Below, piece by piece: positions 39,101 through 51,141 of a stretch of DNA of 64,000 nt. Every line of letters begins with the position of its first letter. Position 1 is the stretch's first letter. A model generated the notes under the pieces. It ran no database searches and was not told the DNA's origin. It saw only the letters and a list, made by a program, of their open reading frames with translations. The stretch is from Bilabrum cf. latius. Its lineage: Eukaryota. Both the position numbers and the translations under genes were made by a program. The stretch is from assembly GCA_965178125.1 (NCBI GenBank), contig OZ237741.1:1364001-1428000 (forward strand), read 5' to 3'.

Positions 39101-40817
39101 CAAGCATCCTGCGCCCGCGCACGCTGTCCACGTCAGAGGCGTCCGGCAGCTGCTGCGGCTGCTACTGGCCCGTCTTGCCATCTGCCCGTCCGCCATCGCT
39201 CGACCGCAGCTTTGCGACAGCCCTCGCCACGTCAGCCCTCGACCGTGCCAGCAGCAGTGGCATGTAATCATCCGGCAGCTCCCGCGTCCTGCTGCGCCGC
39301 TCGACGATCCTGGCCAGTGCTGAACGGGCCGCCAGTCGCACGTCCTCGGTCTGACCGCTGGCCGCATGCCGCACCACCGCCCGCACCAGACCGTACTGCT
39401 CGCAGGCATCGGCCCCCATCCTAGTGCATGCGATCCTGCCGACGGCGCGGAGGGCAGCCACAAATACGTGGTCCAGCTCCAAGACATCCCTATCTTTCTC
39501 TACCTTGCCCTCTGACACAGGCACTGGCACTGGCACCATCCCCACGGATCGACTCAGGACTTCGTCCGCAGCGGCGGCCGCTCGCCGCAGTACCGCCCCC
39601 ACCGTCTCTAGCCCGATACTTCCGCCCGCCGCCGACTCTGCCTTGGACGCACCACCGCGCCCAGCCCCCCTGCTGGCCATCCGCAGCGCCTCTGCCCTAT
39701 GCTTGAGCAAAAGGGCCTGCCCCTACTACGCGGCCTCGCTCAGCAGCGTGACCCTGCTGCTCTCGTGGTCTCGAGCCGCCCACGAGCAGCCCGGCGGCAG
39801 CTGCCAGGCCTTCCCAGTGTGACTAGCCTCAGGCGTGCTGGCTCCGCCGCTGGCTCCCGATGAGGCAGAGGAGGAAGCCGCTGGCCTCGCCTCCCACACG
39901 GCAGACCCGAGGGGCCCAGCCAGAGCCTCCACCACGGACTGGGCGGACGGGTCACCACTGCGGAGGGCCTGGGCTAGCACGCCCACGCATGGTGCAGGGA
40001 CGACTGGCCTCGAGAATCTTCCTTTGTATGCTCCCTTGCCTGCTGCAGGGGGCAGTTTTGAGCTGTCCAGGGCAGCCTCGGCATCGGCAGGAGCGGTCGC
40101 AAAGGTGCCGAGCGGCTTGGGTGCGGCCGGGGCTGTATCCAGCAAGCGCCGCCCCCCGTCTGCAGACGCAAACTCGGAACAAGCGATTTCAGGCTGGGTG
40201 CGCAGCAAATGCACAAGCATGCTGAGGCCCTCCTGCCCGTCCTTGGCGCTTGGTGCCGTCCCCACAAAGCCCTTCTGTACCAGCTCAAGGGCGCCCTTCA
40301 CGCTAACCTTTGAAGCCACGCTTCGAGACTAGTCGTATACCTACTTTGCTAAGGCTGCAAGCTCTGTATTCCCGGGGTTCTCTTTGGCTAGCTGTCCCGC
40401 CTCAACAGTAGCATCGTGCATCTTGCCTAGCCCGACCAGTGCCTGCAGCGTGTGGAATAATTCGGACGATCAGATCATGTGAGCTAGTAAATCAAAGTCA
40501 ACGTGTTCGAATACGATCTGCTGCTGCTAAGTCAATGTAAACCTCACTTGAACTCGCCTGAAGCGAGCTTTTAATCTGGATGGATCGACCAAGAGTACAA
40601 GGTCGCAGTCCTCAATGCAAGATTCATGTTTACCGGCTCGGAGGTACGCTGCTGCTCTGTTTAGACGAATTGATAGCTCCAGCTCGAGCACATCATCGGC
40701 ACTACCATCGCTATTGGTACAAATCTCCAAAGCCTTGGAGTAGTGCAATACGGCATTGCTTGCATCTCCTGCTCTAAAGCGCTCGTCGCCAGCCTTTTTC
40801 TCGATGGCAGCACTCAT
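36117..40817 (-). CDS. UNC45: UNC-45-like TPR + armadillo (UCS) myosin co-chaperone
   Basis: N-terminal TPRs ('KKAGDERFRAGD..AVLHYSKAL', 'LNRAAAYL', 'KARFRR') and UCS motifs 'QQFEAAVALTNVSS' and 'FEDHRLLRRAGTEALCNM'. Intron at 40443-40547. About 9 in-frame TAGs join the same-frame ORFs. Ends TGA. Confidence 0.8.
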
Positions 40818-40985
40818 CCAGATAAATTTCAATCAGATACTGTAGCCAAATCTTGTCAATCTTTGACTGCAGCTTTCTTTTAACAGCAACGATGTGGGTC
40901 CTGCAGTCAATGTGTGACGACTGCCACTCAGTGACGAGGAATTTTGGCAGGGGAGCGATGCACAGCACATAGTGAACATGCTTGG

Positions 40986-42287
40986 ATGAAAGTTGGAAAG
41001 GTCGCAGTGAGATCCTGGCGCTTGAGTAGCGCTAAGCTGCCCAGAGACTGGGCTAGGGCATTGGCTGCAACCGTCGGCTCAGAGACTGCTAGAAACCATA
41101 CTATTGGCCATCGTGACACAGCATGCGGGTCAGTTGGTCACTACGGTATAGATATTGATGAGATACATTCGACACAAGATGCTGCCGTGGTATTCGCGCG
41201 TCGGGTGGGAGCGGTAGAGTCGCACGGAGCTGTCATATCAGCTCGCCGATAGACAGCAGGCCGCGGGAGAGGCAAGCATGAATGGCATAGTCCACTTGGT
41301 TGCTACATGAGCTCAATGTGTGTCCGTGTTCCAAGCACCAGCGTTGCATCGTTGCCGATCGTGCAGCACTTGGCGGCGATCGCATCGTGCCGGGCAGCCC
41401 AGCAGCTCGCTCAAATGCAGTCCGAGCGCGCCGGCGGCCGATCACTTGACGTCCGAATCAAATGGCCAAATGACATATACGCATGCCCCATTGATCACAG
41501 TGAGGCTTCCACTGCTGCAAGCAGCGCGAGCAGCAGCAGCTCGCTGCCCGCGCCCAGGTCGTCGTACAGCAAGGTGGGCGGCATCCTGTGCACCACGGAG
41601 CTGGTGCACGACCTTCCTGTACCTGCACAAGGCAGCACGAGCGGCGCGGGCAGTGCGGTCTCGCCGCGAGGCGCGCGCTCTGGCTCTTCGTCCTACGTTG
41701 TGGTGGTGGGGCTCGGGCTGAACGTGTGGGGCACCAGCCCATTCGAGTCCTTGCGATCGCTGGCTTTCAGAGACGATGCAAGGGTCTGTGCATTGGAGGA
41801 TAGGGGAGGAGAGGCATCAGGTGGAGCGGGGGAAGAAGTGGCGAGGGGATAGACGGCAGGGGAAGACGAATTTAGATACGAAACAGGAGGGGAGCTGCTG
41901 CACAGCGAACTGAGAGAGCTGCTCTCGATTGAGTGGGGCCGGGTCTGGGATCAGTTCATGCCACCGGGGGGCGGTGGAGAAATGGCGGGTGTGCTGCCAA
42001 CGAGGGAATACGAGTCTTTGTGGCTGCATTCGGGCCAAGAGGTGGCAGCCTGCGCCCCGGAGGACGTGCCTGCTGCGGGCGAGCCGGAGGACCCCGAGGC
42101 GGCTTCCAGCAAAGGGTCGGCTACCAGCGGCTCCATGCTACGAATGAGAGTGGAAGGCGTTAGTCCTACGGGTGGGTTGATGGCCACATGCATGGAGGGC
42201 ATGCAGAAGGGGACGACCTGGGAGCTGACAGCACACGGGCACTCGTTTGACCTGATGAAAGGACTTGTAAGGCGGCGAGTGACATGA
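40986..42287 (+). CDS. BPL1: Biotin--protein ligase (holocarboxylase synthetase/BirA catalytic domain)
   Basis: 'IHSTQD', 'ARR*TAGRGRGKHEWHSPLG', 'IKWPNDIY', 'KVGGIL', 'VVGLGLNV', C-terminal 'GHSFDLMKGLV'. TAGs at 41250 and 41850. Ends TGA. Confidence 0.9.
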
Positions 42288-42432
42288 GAGGGTGCAGCAG
42301 CTTATAGCTAGAAGCTCACGGTTCGGTTTGCGAGGGGCTGCCTGTTCAGCCTGTGATGAGCGGTCGCAAATGCACACCACAGCATTGCGTTGGTCTGCGG
42401 GGTCGTGCCTGCTACGTCAATCTAGTTTGTTC

Positions 42433-43543
42433 ATGGCAACTACTGCATCTACTGATACATGGAGTAGCAAGTGGAGACAACTGGCTTCGTTTGAGAGTTA
42501 GGTTGAGTTAGGCATCCGCAAGACCTAGAGGACGATACAAAAGATTCTTCCAGTAAGCGCTATGCACGAATGGTGCCATCAGTATATCAGAATGCTGCAG
42601 GCACTCTTTTCTATTCAGTTCAGTCTTGCATTCGCAGACAGGGCTGGCAGCAGATTTGAATTCTGGCCGTGCCCGAACACACTTTCAGCACCGCGACGGA
42701 ATCAGAGATGAATTGTCAGTCATTTATGGCACACGAGATACACAACACGATCCATTGGCAATTGCTGAGCGTTTTCGAAGCTGCAGAGAAGCTTTGGGGG
42801 AGCACTACACGGAGATACTAGCCAAGTTGCGCGACGAGGAAACAGAGCTCGCGAAGTTTGCCCCACTAGACTAGACCCGTCCCGCTGATGCTATAAAATA
42901 TAGTGTAAGGAAATTAGATTAGAGCACGGGTCAAGTGGCTGCCACTCTGGACCCCTCACCAATAAAAGTCGATCATGACCGAGCACAACCTGCTGTGCCA
43001 ACCGCGGCCGAGGCCCCCACAAGGGAACGGAAAGGCCCAGCAAAATTCTCTGCAAGCTCTCGTCTGGAAACCAAGGAGTTTGGATTGCGAGCTGCCCTCA
43101 AGCGGATCAGCGGGGTACGCTGGCGCGCCAGGGACCGAGCCTGCTGGCCTGCAGCTCTCGAGGCTGCCGCAGCTGTACGGGTCTCCAGGCAGCAGCACCA
43201 GCCCCTGGCCCACTGGATCACAGGCATGCTTCAAAAAGGGTAGAGCTTTGCAGTGGGCGACTCATCCCGCCGACACGGAGAGACTGGCGGCGGGCACCAC
43301 CCGATCGCGGTGCAGTGGACTGCCGAGGACCGTGACATCGTCCACACCCAGGTGCTGGCCGTGCTGCGCCAGAACCTGCAGGTTCCGGTTGCATCCTCTG
43401 CAGAATCCCCAGAGGAGCCCCTCTCCTTGCCCTCGCTGGCATCCTAGCTGGGGGCCTCTCTCTGCGTGCAGCTGCCTGCCTCTCTCCTCGTGGGACTGGC
43501 TGGCGCTGGCACTGGCAGTTGTGTCACAAGTGGCGGGGAGGGC

Positions 43544-43601
<58 letters not shown>

Positions 43602-44677
43602 GCGAGGGCAAGGTCGCGGTGCCGGGCCATGCCGAGCGCTCTGTTCGCCTCGCTGCTGCCCTCCTGCGCATGGACACCTGGCATGCGATGCGGCTGGCAG
43701 CCTCAATCCAGCGCAGGGTCGTTCACCACAGCACCGACGCCGTGTTGGCCGAGCTGCTCTGCCTCGGTTTGCAGATGGCGGCTGACGCCCTGTCTGGTCT
43801 CTGCTCTGCCACGGCACGCGCACGAACCCTTGCCGAGCGGAGACAGGCGGCGGCACTCCGAGCTGCGCAGGACGAGACCAGTGAAGGAGCAGCCAACAGC
43901 GGCCCGCAGGCGGCCGTGCGTGCCCCGTCCCCAGGCGAACGCAAGCGGAGGGCGCGCACCACTGCCAAGCTGGCGGTGTGGCGAGCGTAGAAGGAGCAGG
44001 CACAGGCCAGTCGGGAAGCTGAGGCTAAAGAGTAGGCCGCTCACCGCAGGGCGCACTCGCGAGCCAGAATCGAGGCTCGCCGCCAGGCATTCAAGCAAGC
44101 TCTGCAGAGCGCTGGGCGAGATCCGAAGCAGACTACGGTTGCCAGCAGATCTGGCGCAAGGGTGCTGCCAAAGACCGGTCCTCCTCCCAGCGCCGAGGAA
44201 CTTGCAGCCAGGCAAAAGGCTGCTCTGGAAACAGCCCGCAAGCGCAGAGCCACTCTTTAGGCACGGCACGCTCGCCAAGAAGCCGCACGGCTCGCAAGCC
44301 GAGGCCTTGTGGCACGCGTATCATGCCCTCCTGCCCCTGGCGAGGATAGCAGCACAGCGGCTGGGCACTCTGAGAATATGCCCTCACTCTCCTCTCCTAT
44401 CAAGGTGGTCGCCAGAGCCCCCAAGGCGGTGGTACAAGCCAAACGGTCTCGAGGCCGGGTGCTTAGAGCCACGGCCTCTCGCAAGACTGCAGCTGTGACC
44501 ACTACGGAGCTGAGGGATCGTCTTCGTGCGCTCAGCTAGGCTGCCACGCACGACCGGCAGATCGCATCCAGCGCAGGCTCACTCATGTCGGAGCGCGCTG
44601 CATTCGGTGTGGGCGGCAGGATCGACTTTGCCCGGGGTCCTGGCTCCAGGCGGGGCACAGCCTCCTGGATGCTGTGA
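42433..44677 (+). CDS. Coiled-coil protein, weakly CCDC112-like
   Basis: Exon 42433-42552, intron to 42636, then one frame with TAGs only (about 10 in total) to TGA at 44675-44677. The charged helical C-terminal half and 'RSRGRVLRAT...RRGTASWM' ending only loosely recall CCDC112. Confidence 0.5.
43538..43609. repeat. (GAGGGC)n microsatellite encoding (GE)n
   Basis: About 11 copies seen directly. Confidence 0.9.
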
Positions 44678-44737
44678 TGGAGCTAGTCTAACTGGGGAGC
44701 CTCCAGTCCATGTGGTTGATATAAATCTCGGCAGCCT

Positions 44738-46147
44738 TCACACTCCAGCACCAGATGCAGCAGGCCCACCGCTGGAGTGGGCAACAGGCAAACCACCAGG
44801 CTCGGCTGCACCTTTCGATGGAGGATCCCGCGAACACTCAGCCTCGTACCCAACCGCACCCGATCCAGAGACATACCGCACGGTAGACGCTCTGCCGGTC
44901 ACCCCAGGACCAGCACCAGCCCCATCGCCAGCGCGTGCACCCCCGGATCCGATGCCTCCGAACCTGCAGCTTACCCGGTACTCCCTGGCCTTGATCAACT
45001 ATCGGATGCGGGGGAACAGCCCAAGCGCTGTCTTGGTGGTGGCAGCCGCCACCTCCTCCACGCCAATGCCCTTGATCGCTGCGAGTCCGGCCAGCGCGAT
45101 GGACGTGTTTTCGGGGGCATTCGTCTCTTTGCCATCTGTCGGGTGCAGCGCTGGACTGTCTGTCTCGAGGCACAGGGCATCCATTGGCAGCAGTCGCGCC
45201 ATCTTTTGCAGGCACCTATCTCTGCCCAGGCAGGCCGCCACGGAGAACTTGAGGCCCAGGGACGCGCCCCTCACTGCGTGCTTGGCTTTGCCGTCGAATG
45301 CGTGCAGCAGGGCACGACACTTGGGTGCGGGGTGTGGGGTTGTTGTGTCTGTCCCACCATGACTGGCAGTGGCAGCGGGTGCCTTGCTCTCTACCCTGGG
45401 GTCCTGCAGGAGCATGTCGATGGCGTAGTGGCCTGCCTGCCGGCTGTGTACGTTGACAGCTAGGCCGGCACTCACGGCGTGATCTATCTAGGCTGAGAAG
45501 ACCCGTGCTTGATTGCTCTTGACCTCCACTGCATCCACTCTGGACCGAGCTGGACCAAGGGAAGGCACGCAGGTTGCAGCCTGCATTGAGCCACGTGCGG
45601 GCTGGTCCGCAAGCTCGCCAGTTCCAGTTGCTGATTTGGCGGTGCTAGTAGTCTATATGGCGCACTTCAACGTTCGCGGGCAGTAGTCCAGCCCGCACTC
45701 GCCGACGCCAACCACCATTTCAGCGTGCAGCTGCAGCATACCCATGACCTCGTCCAGTTCGGCAGCCGTAGGGTGTGTCCAGCCCGGTTGTACTGGGTGC
45801 AATCCAATGCATGGCGCCATTATACTCCACTCAATAGGATCGTTCGCGGACAAAACGCCCCCAGGCTTGCGCTCGGCAGCGAAGTCTGGTGCAGCCGCGT
45901 CCAAGGAGGCATCGACTGTCGACTTTGAGGGTACACACCAAGCCTTCTACTGTACATCTGCCCGACCAAAAAGTTCAACTGCTTGCTTTGCATTTTCGAC
46001 AACAGCTACGAGCGCACCAACGCTGTGGGCTGCAGCAGAAGAAAGACTGACGTCCCAATCCCCCATGGCTGGATCCACAAGGTGGCAGTGCGAGTCAATG
46101 ATTGTACTTGAATCCCATACCCACGGCTCCTTTTGTACTCTTGCCAT
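44738..46147 (-). CDS. TatD-family deoxyribonuclease (TATDN3-like)
   Basis: 'IDSHCHL', 'CIGLHP', 'VGVGECGLDY', 'NQARVFSA*I', 'VNVHSR', 'LLHAFDG', 'LCLETDSP'. TAGs at 45947, 45653, 45488 and 44999. First TGA at 44738. Confidence 0.88.
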
Positions 46148-46318
46148 GCCGCCAGAGCTCTTGGCGCGGCGCGAGCCCGACTGCCCCTCTTCGTTCTGGG
46201 CACACCGTGTGACAGTTGCACTTTGGGCGCACCGCGGCACTGCAGTGCTGTCTAGCAAACAATTACTCGGCAAAAACAGCAACATTCCCAGGCACCGAAT
46301 CATGCTATCGTCTTGAAT

Positions 46319-48859
46319 ATGGCATTTAGATTCAATTATTTGTAGCGTAGGCAAGCATTGTGCCTGCATAAGCTACGGTGGATCTCATGCAGTGCCTCGA
46401 ACTATCGAGCGAACAAGAAGCCTATTCTACCTAAGAAGCCCTCTTTGAAGGACTCTTTGGTGCACGCATCGTTGGCTAGCCTCCGCACAGACTACGAAAA
46501 AGCAGTTGCCCGCGCTACCGCTCCTACGGATGCCACCTCGGCAAAAGCAGGCTCCTCACAGCTGCTGGAGCGAGCAGATGGAGCCGAGACGCCTGCGTCC
46601 GGCAGCGATACTCCGAAATCTACAGCAGTAGACTCGAGAAAGCTTTTGTCAAGAGGGTCAATGGTTGATAGATAGAGACGAGGTGGTGGCAGATCTCTGG
46701 ATTTCACGGCAATTGACCCGATGCACGTCCCGAAACCCAAGTCGTATTTGAAGACTCACTCAGACAAGATTATGGACTATGAGGAAGAGTCCCCTTTGCC
46801 TGAAATGCACGAAGCGGATGAGTAGGGGCCTGATAGCCCGATGCATGTGATTCGCTCGTATGTCGTGGATGCTGTGTCGGACGACGAGGCGGGCTACGAC
46901 ACCACCGTGGGGGACGAGACCGACCTGGATTTTAGCTCCGACGATGCACTTGTTGATCCTGAGAGCGGGTACCACGAGGGAGGGGCCCTCTCGCACCAGG
47001 CGGGATAGAGCAGCAAGGGTGCAGCAGGAGGCACGCGAGCCCCCGACTCCACAGCCAAGGCGTTCTACGAGATGCGAAAGGCGCAGCGGGAGGCGGCCAT
47101 GGCTCGGCTGGAGAGGAGCGTCAGGGATGGGCCCCGCTCCTAGCTGCTGATTGACGAGCGCGTGGAGGGCAACGAGGACGAGCAGGCAGGCGGCTCTGGA
47201 GCAGGGGCTCGCGCTCGCAGGGGCCGCTCCCTCTGGTCCGCGAATCGGCGCAGCGCCGCGGAGGTGCAGCTCCGGTGGCTTCCCTTCGACGTGAAGCGCA
47301 GGCGGAGCAAGCGACTAGTGCCCCTCGGGGCCGTCAGACCGCCGCGGTACCTGGGCAGGGGGCGCGGCATGCAGCAGTTCCAGGCCAGGGTGGCCAGGGT
47401 GTTCCCTGAGGTGCTGCAGCGGGCAGCCAGGGGGATGGCGAGGCGCAGGGAGGAGCAGGGTGAGAGGGAGGCGGGCAGGCGGGCGGCAGTGGGGGCAGAT
47501 GCAGCGGCGCTGGTGGCGCCTGGCCAGGCTCAGCTGGAGACTGGGACCGATCTCGTGGATGGGGGTGGGACCGGCCTGGCGGACTCTGGGCTGCAGCGGG
47601 TCGGAAGCGGGAGCGGGTCTGCTGATGCCTTGGAAGACATCTTCAGCACGCCCGATGAGCTGGCTGCGTCTACCGCCCGGCAGCTGCAGGTGCCAAGCAG
47701 CATGGCCCTGTCTGCCTCTCAGCGGCAGGGGGCCCTCATGGGTGCACTGGCGCACCCGTCCATCCTGCCTCCGCCTCCAGACGGCCGGTCCAGGGTGCGT
47801 GCGTCTGACGTGGCCAGGCAGCTGACCGTGGTGGCCCCTCAGTGGGTGGGGATCACGCCGGCCAACCAGCAGGAGGTGATGGACATGATGCCGGTGACGA
47901 TCCCGGACCCCCCTCGCGAGGACATGGATTGGGTGTGGCTGCCAGAGGTCAGGTCGGCGGTGCTCATGCCCATGGACGGGTGGAGCACGTACAAGGGCTG
48001 GGCGGTGCAGACGGGCATGTCAACGTTCCACGCGGTAGTGTGCCCCAGCGGAGAGCATCCCGCGAGACACATGCTCGGGCTGGACCTTAGAGTGATCCAC
48101 GGGGTGGCCTCGCATCCGTTCCACGACGGGGGCCCGGCTGCCTTCGCGGAGCACATGGTGGGCCACTTCATGCGGGAGCTCGAGACGGGGGCCAGCATCG
48201 GATCCACCGCACCAGAGGGCCACAAGGAGGATATTGATGCGCTGAGGGCCATGGCGCTCTAGGACAGTCCGGCGGGCAACGCGGTGGACGCAGTGGACTC
48301 GTGGTCGCACTCTCCCGTGGAGGGCGTCACGGCCTACGGTCTTGAATTCGTCTGCAGGCGACCCCTCGGCCGGGCTCGCAAGCGTATGAAGGGCGACTTA
48401 AACCCAAGCTTCGTGCGGGCCAGCGGTGAATTGGTGCAGCTGACTCTCGATGGGGGCAACGGGAGTGGGTCTGGCGATGGTGCCCTGGACGATGACGCCA
48501 TCGCGGGGCTCTCCGCGGAGGAGATCTTGCGCATGGACGAGTTCACGCGACCCACGGAGGATGCACTCGAGACCGCATTCCAGCAGGTGGCTCGCGAGCA
48601 GGACCGGGCCGACAGGGATGCAAAGGCGTACGGCTTCAACGAGTCCAACGAGGACCGTGCCGCTCGGATGGCTGTGCTGCAGGCTGGTCTCAGGGTCAGC
48701 TTGACTGTGACGGTGAACGAAGTGAATGACTTGGCCTCGGTGGTTGCGTTCAGCGCCCCAACCGGTGTCTGGGTGGACGCCTGGGAGCAACACGGCCGGG
48801 ACATGGTGGATCACTGCTACGTCAACTGGGCCGACCTGTCGCCGGACAAGTTCGAGTGA
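46319..48859 (+). CDS. Hypothetical protein with Arg-rich, acid-free N-terminus (possible mitochondrial targeting)
   Basis: ORFs 46358, 47162 and 48284 are in one frame, joined by about 6 TAGs. Begins MAFRFNYL*RRQALCLHKLRWISCS. Ends TGA. Confidence 0.55.
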
Positions 48860-48934
48860 GTGGCTGACCAGCGAATTGCATCTAGATATGTATCTGTACA
48901 GGCATTCAAAAAGACCACACAAGGCTCCCAACTC

Positions 48935-50560
<1,626 letters not shown>

Positions 50561-50917
50561 GAATACAACCTTATTATTGATTGCAGCGAACGAAGTATGG
50601 CTGAAGAGCAAACAGCCTGCGTTGTCAATCGAGAATGAGAAGCAAAACTTACGGGGTGGTGCCACGTCGCCATCGTGTAGAATTTGGCGGTTGCAATCTA
50701 ACCGTTGCGCAAGGGCGCTTGATAACTTGATGCAAGATAACAATGCAGTGTGCTCAATGACAAGGTGACTCAGTAACACTGCCAAGCAGGCATGGTCCAC
50801 CAGCACCGGTGCTCCGTCTGCGCGGGGAACAGGAAGCGATGGATACCTCAAGGGTCGGTCACCGTTCATGAGTGCTACCCAACACTCAAATCTAGTTGAA
50901 TTCAAGCCCCTTGAACT

Positions 50918-50973
50918 CCACGCGGAGCGACCACGCGGAGCGACCACGCGGAGCGACCACGCGGAGCGACCAC
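50918..50973. repeat. Perfect tandem repeat, 13-bp unit CCACGCGGAGCGA x4 (+CCAC)
   Basis: Seen directly, in the divergent intergenic region between GSR and the giant surface-protein gene. Confidence 0.95.
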
Positions 50974-51141
50974 AGTTTTGGTTCCGCAACAACAGGCTGC
51001 GGCGCCGATTCTCAACTGCAACTGACGTCCTTGTGGGCGCGTCACTCTACAAGCCGCCGAAACTGCACTGGCTTGGCAGATCTTTTCGTTAAAGAACATC
51101 AGTTTGGCTAGATTGGGATCAAGTTTATCTGAGAGCACCAA

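Noticed and set aside
41250-41252. Pyrrolysine decoding or A-to-I editing (UAG to Trp)
   Set aside because: TAGs are ubiquitous and align with Gln, not Trp or specialised catalytic sites. No pyl genes are present in the window.
50918-50973. CRISPR-like array
   Set aside because: Contiguous 13-bp units without spacers, in a eukaryotic context with no cas genes.
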